DNA of 64,000 nt from Candidatus Micrarchaeota archaeon (GTDB lineage: Archaea; Micrarchaeota; Micrarchaeia; Norongarragalinales; SBBD01). The translations under genes were made by a program, and so were the position numbers. The DNA is taken from positions 32,001 to 96,000 of the forward strand of contig JAHJQN010000001.1 of NCBI GenBank assembly GCA_018819225.1, in the 5' to 3' direction. Positions 17,201 through 25,730 of this stretch are shown here, piece after piece. Under the pieces are notes generated by a model. It worked only from the letters and a program-made list of their open reading frames with translations, had not been told where the DNA came from and searched no databases. Positions within the stretch are counted from its first letter, which is position 1, and the number at the start of each line of letters is the position of its first letter.

Positions 17201-18758
17201 GAACAGTACGGGAGTCGATAATACGGGTTACTTCAACATCTCGTGGTTGAACAGTAGTGATAGTGGGCTCATGGTGCAATCGAAGCAAGACAATTACTGC
17301 GTCAAATCGTGGTTGAATAGCACGCGATGGGGTTCTGGAGGACAAACGGAAATTGCATACAATAATTCGTGGAGTCTGTTAATGGTAGACAACTGGACTT
17401 CCGGCGTATATGACACCATTGTCGTGAACGCGAGCCTCGCTAACGGAACGTGGGGATTATTCAATTACACGAATGCCAGCAGCCGAACCATTGCCGGAAA
17501 CAATACGCTGCAATTATGGGACCCCAAGGACTGCGGATACTTCCGCATGCTCAGCACGGTCGCACCGCTCTCGAGTGGAAACAACTGGGGTGGCTCGCAG
17601 CAAGTAGGACAATCCTTCCTCATTCCGTACATCGTTTCGCAGGCGAGCATACCCATTACGGGCGCAACCATTGGAGTATCAGCGATCATCCTGCAAACGG
17701 ACATGGGCGGCTCGCAAGGAGGACAAGGCTTCGAACAACAATTAACGGAAGGAGTTAACTATACGGTCAACCAGCAAGGATCAACGGATGTAAATGGATT
17801 CGCCTGGCTGAACGTGACGATCAACTCCAGCGGCCCGATGATGCTTTTCTGGAATCTGACGGTCGGAAACGATACGGACCAAGCCTCGTTCGAAAGCGGA
17901 ACGTTCGTTGAAGTCCGCAACTTCGATGCGTATGGAAACCAGATATTCTGGATGCCTTCCCACACGGCAGAAATGATCAACGCCTCGAATGGATCTGTTT
18001 CATGCGGTGCGGGAACGGAGTGCTTGCTTGTCAACTACAGCGGCGCAACCTTGAACATCAGCTTCCAGAATAACAACGCGACGCATTGGTTCGCGGGAAT
18101 GATCAATGAGACGTCCGTAACGGACTTCCTCAACGACTCGAACCTGAGCACGTTCTTCTTCATCTGGAATCCGACTTCGAATCAATTCATCATCGATGAC
18201 GACTTCAATATGGTCCAGGGAACGGATACCGACAATTATTCGGTCACGTATGCTACCTTGAACCAGACGATCACCATCCAGAACCTCACCTCCATTCAAA
18301 TCAAGGCAGGCCGCTTTGCGGATGTCGATGGAACCCCAACGAATTCCACGAACTTCGCGTTCTATCAGAGCAGCCCGAGGCCATCGGATTCAGGAGTATT
18401 GAACTTCCAGCCCGCGAATAGTACGGCGCCCTTGTTCGGAGAAGTATGCGCTCAAGATTTCGGTAATCCGGCTTCGCCGATTGCGAACGCGAACGTATCC
18501 GTGTTCATGCAACAATGGACGATGAATGGAGCGACAACCACTAACTTGACGATCGTGGATCCGTTGAACGGAACGCAACTCAGTGGAGAGAGCACGCTCA
18601 AGACGAGTATAGCGGGGTGTATAGGCGTCAGCGTATTGGCACCGGGAAGCGGATGGCCTTCAGGACAAGGACAAGGTCCCGCAGAAGTGCGCGCTCGGAT
18701 CTACAACGGGACCAATACGGAGACCACTTGGGTCACTATGGTCCAGTACTTCGGTTGA
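14292..18758 (+). CDS. Large secreted Ig-like-repeat glycoprotein (S-layer/adhesin-like), 1488 aa
   Basis: Signal peptide; very dense N-x-S/T sequons; Thr/Asn/Ser/Val beta-rich; no C-terminal TM. Confidence 0.75.
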   Translation: MRWSQPLVLAMILMTAWTSADSNFLNAWAPPFGPASSAIYVMAGVMNASNESQYLPNFNVTASLDGYNNTNTTNGTEPLVLNLTINASLNGQQYITVSDNSSDPQTKLLPFFVTNVANVTFTFTKTLPPFSAGSSFVINLTLNHTNGSLYVNTSVENVSVEIFAANGNETTGWTISNLSASTDGTGTIRYNITIPSTADGQYVLLVDKGAGYLVFLVSSGYTMAVSTQDSNGETKVLFAPGEAASVLAKIRDSSNNPVTGATATAYITLPNTTIVTLSLSQPNTTAFPGFYNASYTTPTTFAGLFSVRVKVTVGTQNLEGFAQFFTKVFVASFQEETDFFDDWGGFRAIVPGGTVAFDLVATNLTDGSIIEGWHGANSNTSVNCTQLGNITIFWAQNNTNYTTTTDSTYTNSTYQSVPVCRVSFTAPSLSGQWLARVNVTIGNSSDNATGLFLTQNYFLKVKPTQTFGGDEFFQIFSPGSNVTFEISSYDLSGDTTVNGSNITQLAVQRVRALAFGNGGTDEENVSYWVSYWGTTGGSPELIVTLPVNTTGPILVEVSANITVNGETGEVILGNSMVLAKYIDGFIEPTQDFGGGDGPQGPPASTCSGVEAFAGTVRDIKTNQNAQGVILNGVKELRDEFTGQDLTGCVTVSSATSNNTGSGQNFGFNVTFADNASCAFSGFYFMILNVTYQGNVDFLPSGFVCKQMASQVTISVNGQQAWQVAPDDNLSVNVSNIKVLETGETVMDGSFKVLRLMNFDPNTGPKFIQVADGVDTNTTISSGSGVYNLTPGNFSIGGVNLTKWPSGFVELHIQICNTTGDVCDAEFNGFEVVAFNAYIPMDGPPGQYYPGQNATLTVMAATNVAPIGNVTVKVGRPWEGQVQTATVNYPNTTNNSDGWNQTGDTGFENWTVNFTIPAGLPKGFQVAMIIVNSSYHNDTVTLYYPLQVTKYQVLIPSQEDVEVWRDELSWLNSTGVDNTGYFNISWLNSSDSGLMVQSKQDNYCVKSWLNSTRWGSGGQTEIAYNNSWSLLMVDNWTSGVYDTIVVNASLANGTWGLFNYTNASSRTIAGNNTLQLWDPKDCGYFRMLSTVAPLSSGNNWGGSQQVGQSFLIPYIVSQASIPITGATIGVSAIILQTDMGGSQGGQGFEQQLTEGVNYTVNQQGSTDVNGFAWLNVTINSSGPMMLFWNLTVGNDTDQASFESGTFVEVRNFDAYGNQIFWMPSHTAEMINASNGSVSCGAGTECLLVNYSGATLNISFQNNNATHWFAGMINETSVTDFLNDSNLSTFFFIWNPTSNQFIIDDDFNMVQGTDTDNYSVTYATLNQTITIQNLTSIQIKAGRFADVDGTPTNSTNFAFYQSSPRPSDSGVLNFQPANSTAPLFGEVCAQDFGNPASPIANANVSVFMQQWTMNGATTTNLTIVDPLNGTQLSGESTLKTSIAGCIGVSVLAPGSGWPSGQGQGPAEVRARIYNGTNTETTWVTMVQYFG

Positions 18759-18770
18759 TAGGTGAAAATA

Positions 18771-20018
18771 ATGAGAATTCAAGCAGTATTCCTGGCGTTC
18801 GTGGCCCTTGTGGCATTGTTCTCCCAGCATGCGCTTGCGGAAACGTGTTCGTCCGTAACGATTACGACGAGCACCGCTTCCTCGACGTTAACGACGGGAA
18901 CGAGTGCCGTAATCAGTTCGACGACGACCGCCAGTGGTTCCTCGTGTACAGCAGACATTCGTCTCGTTTCTACGGGCCAAGCGACCAGTTCTTCACTCAC
19001 GGTAAGCGATCCAGCTGCCGGATATCATCAGGGAGTAAGTGTCAGCACGTCCGGGACCAGTAAATCGTTTACGGTAACAGCAGGAACCGCGGATGCCTAC
19101 AATTATTACGTGACGGCCGGCAGCTCTCAATCCACGACTAAAACAATTACGTACGTGAACCCCAGCACCATTACGATTGCCGGTTTTCCTACAACAGTAA
19201 CGACGAATTCCAGCGGAAACAGTTTTACGCTTCAGCTCACGCTGACCAACCCGCAAGCCAGCGACATTACGACCTCGTATGAACTCTCGCAAAGCGGATC
19301 CGCGTTTACATTTGCAGGAGATCCCACGAGTAGTTCCTCGACAACGGTTAGCGCGTCCTCGAGCCGCATTCTTCAATGGACGGTCACGCTCGCAAGCTCA
19401 TGGAGCGGAACGCAAACCATTTCATTCCAACTCGGAGACAACGCGGGCGCGTTTACATCCGCAGTAACGTATCCAGTCGCAACAGCAACGCCTTCTCCAA
19501 CGGCTACAGCGGACGGAAGCGGTTCTCAAGGAAACTCGAACAACCAGCCCACTCCCCCCACGGCGACTCCCGTGCCCAGTACGCCGACTCCCACGACCTC
19601 AAGTCCTACACCCACGGTGTTAACGCTTCCTCCGGAAACCGGCGTGGAATCAATTTCTCAGGAAGATATCGCGGAATCCGAATCCTTGAACGAAGACACC
19701 GTAAACCGTTTGATCACGCAAGTTGAAAACTTAATGAAGCAAGTGGAAGCGCAAGGCGGGAACACGCTGGATGCGCAACAATTGATTGCGACTGCCCGAC
19801 AGCACATGGAAGAAGGAAATTACCAAGCCGCGTATGAGGCCGTACTGGAAGCCCGAGACAACCTGGAGGCCCAACTTCGCGATTATTCGGACGTTCCCGG
19901 TTTAGGATTCCAAAGCCGTTCGAACATCTTCATGTTCATCGTCGTATTCGTGTTGCTCATCGGAGGCGTCATCGGATACTATAAAATGGCTAAAAAGAAT
20001 CCCAAGAAATTGAAGTGA
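18771..20018 (+). CDS. Thr/Ser-rich surface protein with helical stalk and C-terminal TM anchor
   Basis: Signal peptide, two beta domains, PT linker, helical GxN..A..L...A.....GNY..A motif, TM plus Lys-rich tail; GGTGA SD at 18761. Confidence 0.78.
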   Translation: MRIQAVFLAFVALVALFSQHALAETCSSVTITTSTASSTLTTGTSAVISSTTTASGSSCTADIRLVSTGQATSSSLTVSDPAAGYHQGVSVSTSGTSKSFTVTAGTADAYNYYVTAGSSQSTTKTITYVNPSTITIAGFPTTVTTNSSGNSFTLQLTLTNPQASDITTSYELSQSGSAFTFAGDPTSSSSTTVSASSSRILQWTVTLASSWSGTQTISFQLGDNAGAFTSAVTYPVATATPSPTATADGSGSQGNSNNQPTPPTATPVPSTPTPTTSSPTPTVLTLPPETGVESISQEDIAESESLNEDTVNRLITQVENLMKQVEAQGGNTLDAQQLIATARQHMEEGNYQAAYEAVLEARDNLEAQLRDYSDVPGLGFQSRSNIFMFIVVFVLLIGGVIGYYKMAKKNPKKLK

Positions 20019-20082
20019 ACGAAAGAGAATACGGATGACCATTAAAACCGCATTATCCGTTAATAGTGAAAGGTGAGAGCCC

Positions 20083-20343
20083 ATGGGAAAGAAGTACCTC
20101 ATTCAATACGATCGAAATAATTGCATCGGAGCTGGAACCTGCGTCGCCGCAGACCCCGATAATTGGAGCATGAATGACGACGGTAAAGCGGATTTGACGA
20201 ACGCTCAAACCAATGCGGCCACCGGATTCCTGGAAAGAGAAATAGATGAGAACGAACTCGAAAAAATGAAGGAAGCCGCGCAAGGCTGTCCCGTTAACGT
20301 CATCCACATCATCGACAAGGAAAGCGGGCAAAAAATCATTTGA
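20083..20343 (+). CDS. Ferredoxin (3Fe-4S type)
   Basis: CIGAGTC...CPVNVI. Confidence 0.9.
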   Translation: MGKKYLIQYDRNNCIGAGTCVAADPDNWSMNDDGKADLTNAQTNAATGFLEREIDENELEKMKEAAQGCPVNVIHIIDKESGQKII

Positions 20344-20346
20344 GCA

Positions 20347-20946
20347 TTAGGCGGATACGCCGAGTGCACGCAAGTCTTTCTTTAACTGTTCGATATTCTC
20401 GAACACGATTCCGTGCAGCCCCGCCTTCCGAGCCGCCACCACATTCTCCTCCTTATCATCCACGAATATCGCGTTGCAAGGCGCCACGCGCAAGCGTTGT
20501 AACATGATGGGGTAAATGGCCAAGGACGGCTTTTTGACGCCCGCTTCCCCTGAAACCATGGTTTCATCAAACAACGTACTCAAACCGAACTTGCGTTCCC
20601 ACGCTTGGTGCGCCTCCCAATTGTTATTCGAAAGTAAAGCGATTTTATAGCCCTTCATCTGCAAGTTCTTGATGAGGTTGCGCATGCCCGGAATCTCGTT
20701 GACATACCGCGTGGTCCAGTAATCCCCTTCGCCCGCGATCACTCCGTGCAAGTCGAAAATGATCGCGCGATTCAAGAAATGCGTGCGAAGAACCGTAACG
20801 ACCGCGTTCACCAAAACAAAACTGGCCGCCAACCAAATAAAGATCTGCGAATTGCTGTTGAGAATGGCGAGATCCGATAGAAGAAACGCCGCGAACAAGA
20901 CGAACGTGGCCAGTAAACGATATGACGTAAATTTGACGAGCTTCAT
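20347..20946 (-). CDS. HAD-family hydrolase with two N-terminal TM helices
   Basis: IIFDLHGV (degenerate motif I), LSN, KKP, FVDD. Confidence 0.8.
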   Translation of the reverse strand: MKLVKFTSYRLLATFVLFAAFLLSDLAILNSNSQIFIWLAASFVLVNAVVTVLRTHFLNRAIIFDLHGVIAGEGDYWTTRYVNEIPGMRNLIKNLQMKGYKIALLSNNNWEAHQAWERKFGLSTLFDETMVSGEAGVKKPSLAIYPIMLQRLRVAPCNAIFVDDKEENVVAARKAGLHGIVFENIEQLKKDLRALGVSA

Positions 20947-21056
20947 AATAATCGAATTATGAAAAACGGGGTATTTAAGGACATATCGTTATTGGGGGAA
21001 CCGACGTTTAAACGCGATCCATGAATTTAAAAACCATTAAACCATTAGAAACGCTC

Positions 21057-22274
21057 ATGAAAACCGTTCCATACGTTTTAATGCTGGGAGTCGTGCTTCT
21101 CAGCGGATGCATCACCATCGAATTCGACCACGAATTCCGTGCGGACGGTTCCTCGAAACTCGTTCAAACCATCGACTTTACGAAAACCGTTGGCGCCATG
21201 CAATCCCTTGGCAACAACATTCCCGAACAGACTTCAGAACGCTTTGATTGGAACGTGACGCTTCGATATGCACCCAATGAAATGGACCACACGTCTGATT
21301 TTGGATCTTGTTCAGGTTATCTGAATGAAAACGAAGAATCCATTCGACAAGGAACATGCCGCAACTTCCAAGTGTTCCGCTCCATGAATGTGCAGGCCAT
21401 GGTACCCGAAGCGGGTGGCGAGCTTTCCTTTGAATTGGTTAACATTGGCGCAGGAGATTTTGATATTATCGAAGTAGAAGTCAGCGGAGACGGAGCCCCC
21501 GCTTCATGCGAGGCTCCGGGCATGATTTCGGAAGGCGAATCCGGAGAGGTGCGCTGCATGGGAATTACGCGTCCTCTTCCTTCTCCAACACCCGACGCAT
21601 CCGAAGCGCTCGCGCAATTTCAAGAGCAATTGGATGCCATGTGCGTCAACTTGACCACCAAGAATCCCGACGCGGAATGCGAGCACGCCGGAAACAAAAT
21701 CATTGCCTCGATGGAATTGGAAAACGGCAATGGATATTCCTTTACGTATACCCTGGGATTCCCGTACAACGCGTACGAAGTCGAAGTGGAAAGCATTCAA
21801 AGCTCTTCATCGGATATGCCCCAGCAAGACGGTTCGCCGAGCGTTCCCGGGCTCTCAACCGACGAACTGCGTTTCAAGGATGAAAAATTGGCTGCGAGCG
21901 TGGCCATGTTGTCCGCGGGAGGCATTGAAATGACGTATACGGTGCGCATGCCCGGAGAAATCGCGGAAGCACCGCGAGCGCAAATCATTGAAAACGCGGC
22001 CGAATTCGATTTGATGGAAATGATCGAGAAAGGCGAGAACCCGAAAGTCAAGTCGCGCGAATTGAATCTTCCGTTTGTCGCGGGTGCGGCCGGCTTGCTT
22101 CTCGTCTTGTTAATCGTCGTGTTCTTCTTTGTCGTGAAGAAACCCCCGCAACCCTCGTCGCGAATCAAGGCCTCCACGCCGTATCCCCCATCCTCCCCCG
22201 TTGACGAACCTCCGAACAAGTACAAGAGTGTGTTGGAGACGTGGAACCAAAACGAGCGCAAGCCGCCCAATTAA
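21057..22274 (+). CDS. Lipoprotein-like surface protein with C-terminal TM (LppM-like)
   Basis: Lipobox LLSGC followed by ITIEFDHEFRADGS; YTVRMPGEI; C-terminal TM and Pro-rich tail. Confidence 0.65.
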   Translation: MKTVPYVLMLGVVLLSGCITIEFDHEFRADGSSKLVQTIDFTKTVGAMQSLGNNIPEQTSERFDWNVTLRYAPNEMDHTSDFGSCSGYLNENEESIRQGTCRNFQVFRSMNVQAMVPEAGGELSFELVNIGAGDFDIIEVEVSGDGAPASCEAPGMISEGESGEVRCMGITRPLPSPTPDASEALAQFQEQLDAMCVNLTTKNPDAECEHAGNKIIASMELENGNGYSFTYTLGFPYNAYEVEVESIQSSSSDMPQQDGSPSVPGLSTDELRFKDEKLAASVAMLSAGGIEMTYTVRMPGEIAEAPRAQIIENAAEFDLMEMIEKGENPKVKSRELNLPFVAGAAGLLLVLLIVVFFFVVKKPPQPSSRIKASTPYPPSSPVDEPPNKYKSVLETWNQNERKPPN

Positions 22275-22335
22275 AAATTGGGATTCGTTGACGTTCAAAG
22301 GCAAACCAAAAGGTACTCGCGCGTTAAAGAGAAGG

Positions 22336-25300
22336 TTAGTCGACTTTCATGACAACCTGTACCTTGCCGGTTCCGCACGGAATGGTTTGTCCGATGATGA
22401 TGTTCTCGGCAATACCGCGCAGGTAATCCGTCTCGCCGGACACGCACGCGCTCACCAAGTGCTTCGTGGTTTCCTCGAAAGCCGCCCGAGCCAACACCGA
22501 CGATTTTTCTCCGGCCAGACCGTGGCGTCCGATGCTGCGAACCGAACCATTGGACGTCATCATGTCCGCGATCAAACCGATATGTCGGGTGTCCACCCTC
22601 AAATCCTGCGCCCGCAACACTTTAAGAATTTCCTCGATGATGCTGCTGCGAGCGGCCTCGATACCCAGCACGCGTTGAATCTCCATCGTATCGTTCGTGG
22701 TGGTTCGGAACGAATCCACTTCCGGTATCTGAAGAACGACTTCCAGGTTACTGCCCTCCGTGGCAATCGAGTACTCGCCGTTCTTTTCAAGGAGAATAGC
22801 CCGGTGAATGCCCGGAACGCCTTTCAGGACAATTTCCTGTAGCTTCGTCGTCGTCTTTCGGATGATTTTCAATTTCTCTTCCTTCGGAATCACGAAAATG
22901 GCCTCGCCACGGCGCTCGTAATTCGCCACGCCCTTGATCAGCTTCAACACGTCTTGTTCCTCGATCTTCAGTTCTTTGAGCTGGTCCTTGTTGAGCATGA
23001 CGCGAATGCGTTTGCTTTCAAAATCTTCTTTGATCACGGCGACTTGATTGAACGAGACTTGAGCAAGACTCGTTGCAATCTGAGTGACACGCTTTACGTC
23101 TTTCTTAAACTCGTCTTTGAGCACGATATCCATAACCGGACTCTTCGGAGTTTTGCGCGCGTCCACGATTTCCACGAGACGCGTAAACCCTAATTGAGCC
23201 AGCGAAGCGACTCCAGCGTAGTGGAAGGTTCGAAGCGTCATCTGCGTACCGGGCTCGCCAATACTTTGCGCCGCAATCACGCCAACGGGATCCCCGTAAG
23301 CAATCTTATTTTGACTCGCATCCAATCCATCATCACCGTACTTGAACTCCACCATCGTTCCTTCCGCATCGCGCACGGATGCGTCGGGGTAGACCGTCAA
23401 ATCCTGTAACGCGTTGATGAGTCGTCTCTGCATGTACCCGGTTTTCGACGGATTGACTCCCTTGTCCACGACCGAGTCCCTGCCTCCCGCCGCATGGAAA
23501 AAGTATTGCAGGGGATCCAATCCTTCCGTATAATTGCTGTTCACGAAACCGCGCGCTTTCCCGGAATAATCCCCTCGCCGAAAATGCGGCAGGATGCGGT
23601 GCGTGTAACCGGCTGTCATGCGCTTTCCGCGGATCGCCTGTTGTCCCACCATGGCCGCCATTTGCACCACGTTCAACAACTTGCCTTTGGCACCGGCCTT
23701 GCTCATCATAATGGCCGGATTTTGGTTCAACTGAAGGTTTCCGAAAAACGCGGGCGTCTTTTGAATGGATCGCAGAATGGTTTTTCCGCAGCGGTCTCGC
23801 GTGTTCTCCAACGTGCCCATGACTTTTTCTTCAAACGTTTCTCGCAACGATTTTCCGGGTTGGCGCACCAGTTTTCGTTCGCGTAACGAGCGGACGAGTT
23901 TTCGCACGTCGTTATTGGCCTCGCGCACGTATCCGTTAATTTCCTTCCGGGCATCTTCAGAAATCGTGTAATCGAACAAACTGAGCGACAAGCCGTAACG
24001 AGTGGCAATGAATGAAGTCATCATGGTGAGCCGGTCCAAGAACATCCGACAAGCGTCGCTCCCATATTGAGTGTAAATGAGTTTCGTGAGCGAATCGTTC
24101 GTGCGACTGTCCACATGTCCTTCCAAGAGTTTTCCGTTCTTGATGCGTACGGTCTTACCCACCTTATTCGTGCTCTCGAAATTGAATCCTTTAGGGAGAA
24201 GCAAGCTGAACATCTCGGGTCCCGAAACATCTCCCGTGACTTCATCCGTCAAACCCGCGGAATTCAAGAACTCGCATGCCTCCCCCCGCGAAAACTTGAC
24301 GTTCGGAATCGTTAACAAATAGAGACCGGAGATCTGGTCCAAGTCCGCGGTAATAATGGGTCCGCCGTGGCGCGGGGAAAGCACTTGATCCTGCACTTTC
24401 ATGAGAATCTCGGCTTCCGCTTGCGCTTCCTCGTTTTGAGGAACGTGAATGTTCATTTCGTCCCCGTCGAAGTCCGCGTTGTACGGCCGACAATCCGCCA
24501 CGTTGAAGCGGAACGTCTTCCCCGGCAACACCTTTACCGTATGACACATCATGCTGATCCGATGCAAGGAAGGCTGGCGGTTGAAAATCACGATGTCGCC
24601 ATCCATTAACTGCCGCTCGATCGTATACCCGATAGTAATTTCGGAAAGCGTTTCTTCCAGGTTAACGGGAGTGACTTTCTTGCGCTTTCCGTCCGGACGA
24701 ATCACGTAATTAATTTTATCCATGTTGTCCGCGATCAGCTTCTTCGTGAAATCCAAATTCCATTCGTTGACCGTCAACGGAAGCGTGAGTTCCTTGGCAA
24801 TCGCGTTCGGAACCCCGAGTTCGTTGATGCCGAGAGTCGGATCCGGTGAAATCACGGTACGGGCTGAAAAGTTGACTCGCTTGCCCGACAAGTTGTACCG
24901 GAAACGGCCTTCCTTGCCCTTCAAGCGCTGGAACAACGTCTTCAATTGACGCCCCGAACGATGGCGAGCCGGAGGAATTCCTGCGGTTTCGTTGTCAAAG
25001 AACGTGACGACGTGATACTGCAACAGTTCCCACAAGTCCTCGATAATCAGTTGCGGGGCACCCGCGTCAATGTTTTCGGCGAGTCTCTGATTAATTCGAA
25101 TAATGTCCACGAGCTTGTGCGTCAAATCATCCTCCGATCGCTCACCGGTTTCCAACGTAATGGAAGGACGAACGCTCACCGGAGGCACCAACAAAACCGT
25201 CAGTACCATCCACTCGGGGCGTACCGCGACGCCCACGCGCTTCAAGCTTTCATCGGGAACGCGTTCCAGTCTCTCGCGAATTTCGGAAGGAAGCAGTTTA

Positions 25301-25722
25301 CGGTCATCTTCAAAGAATGACGTCGGACGAATAAATTTAATGGTTTTCTGCTTTTCGTTGCAGTGCGGACACTCCGCCGTTTTCTTGGCTTTATCGAGTG
25401 AGTTGATTTCCACCAACAGCTTACCGCAGCGTCGGCATGACGCCTTCAATAACTGGAAAAGGGTTTTCGCGAATCCCACGTGCACGACCGGCCGCACGAG
25501 TTCAATGTGACCAAAGTGGCCGCTGCAACTCTTCATGCGTCCCCCGCACGTCTTGCATTTCAAACCCGGGTCAATCACGCCCAAGTGTTGGTCCGCGAGA
25601 CCGGCCGCGATCGGATAACCGTCTTCATCGTACGTGTCCGGCACCGTAATTTTAACCGTGCTCAAGCTGCGTACTTGCTCCGGGGAAAAAAATCCAAACT
25701 CAATGCGTTCGACGACTTTCAT
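22336..25722 (-). CDS. rpoA1: DNA-directed RNA polymerase subunit Rpo1, A' and A'' fused in one ORF
   Basis: CKTC..CSGHFGH zinc site, NRQPSLH, YNADFDGDEMN, GYMQRRL, then AAQSIGEPGTQMTLRTFH and ARAAFE...ENIIIGQ..GTG in the same frame. Confidence 0.96.
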   Translation of the reverse strand: MKVVERIEFGFFSPEQVRSLSTVKITVPDTYDEDGYPIAAGLADQHLGVIDPGLKCKTCGGRMKSCSGHFGHIELVRPVVHVGFAKTLFQLLKASCRRCGKLLVEINSLDKAKKTAECPHCNEKQKTIKFIRPTSFFEDDRKLLPSEIRERLERVPDESLKRVGVAVRPEWMVLTVLLVPPVSVRPSITLETGERSEDDLTHKLVDIIRINQRLAENIDAGAPQLIIEDLWELLQYHVVTFFDNETAGIPPARHRSGRQLKTLFQRLKGKEGRFRYNLSGKRVNFSARTVISPDPTLGINELGVPNAIAKELTLPLTVNEWNLDFTKKLIADNMDKINYVIRPDGKRKKVTPVNLEETLSEITIGYTIERQLMDGDIVIFNRQPSLHRISMMCHTVKVLPGKTFRFNVADCRPYNADFDGDEMNIHVPQNEEAQAEAEILMKVQDQVLSPRHGGPIITADLDQISGLYLLTIPNVKFSRGEACEFLNSAGLTDEVTGDVSGPEMFSLLLPKGFNFESTNKVGKTVRIKNGKLLEGHVDSRTNDSLTKLIYTQYGSDACRMFLDRLTMMTSFIATRYGLSLSLFDYTISEDARKEINGYVREANNDVRKLVRSLRERKLVRQPGKSLRETFEEKVMGTLENTRDRCGKTILRSIQKTPAFFGNLQLNQNPAIMMSKAGAKGKLLNVVQMAAMVGQQAIRGKRMTAGYTHRILPHFRRGDYSGKARGFVNSNYTEGLDPLQYFFHAAGGRDSVVDKGVNPSKTGYMQRRLINALQDLTVYPDASVRDAEGTMVEFKYGDDGLDASQNKIAYGDPVGVIAAQSIGEPGTQMTLRTFHYAGVASLAQLGFTRLVEIVDARKTPKSPVMDIVLKDEFKKDVKRVTQIATSLAQVSFNQVAVIKEDFESKRIRVMLNKDQLKELKIEEQDVLKLIKGVANYERRGEAIFVIPKEEKLKIIRKTTTKLQEIVLKGVPGIHRAILLEKNGEYSIATEGSNLEVVLQIPEVDSFRTTTNDTMEIQRVLGIEAARSSIIEEILKVLRAQDLRVDTRHIGLIADMMTSNGSVRSIGRHGLAGEKSSVLARAAFEETTKHLVSACVSGETDYLRGIAENIIIGQTIPCGTGKVQVVMKVD

Positions 25723-25730
25723 ACTGCATG

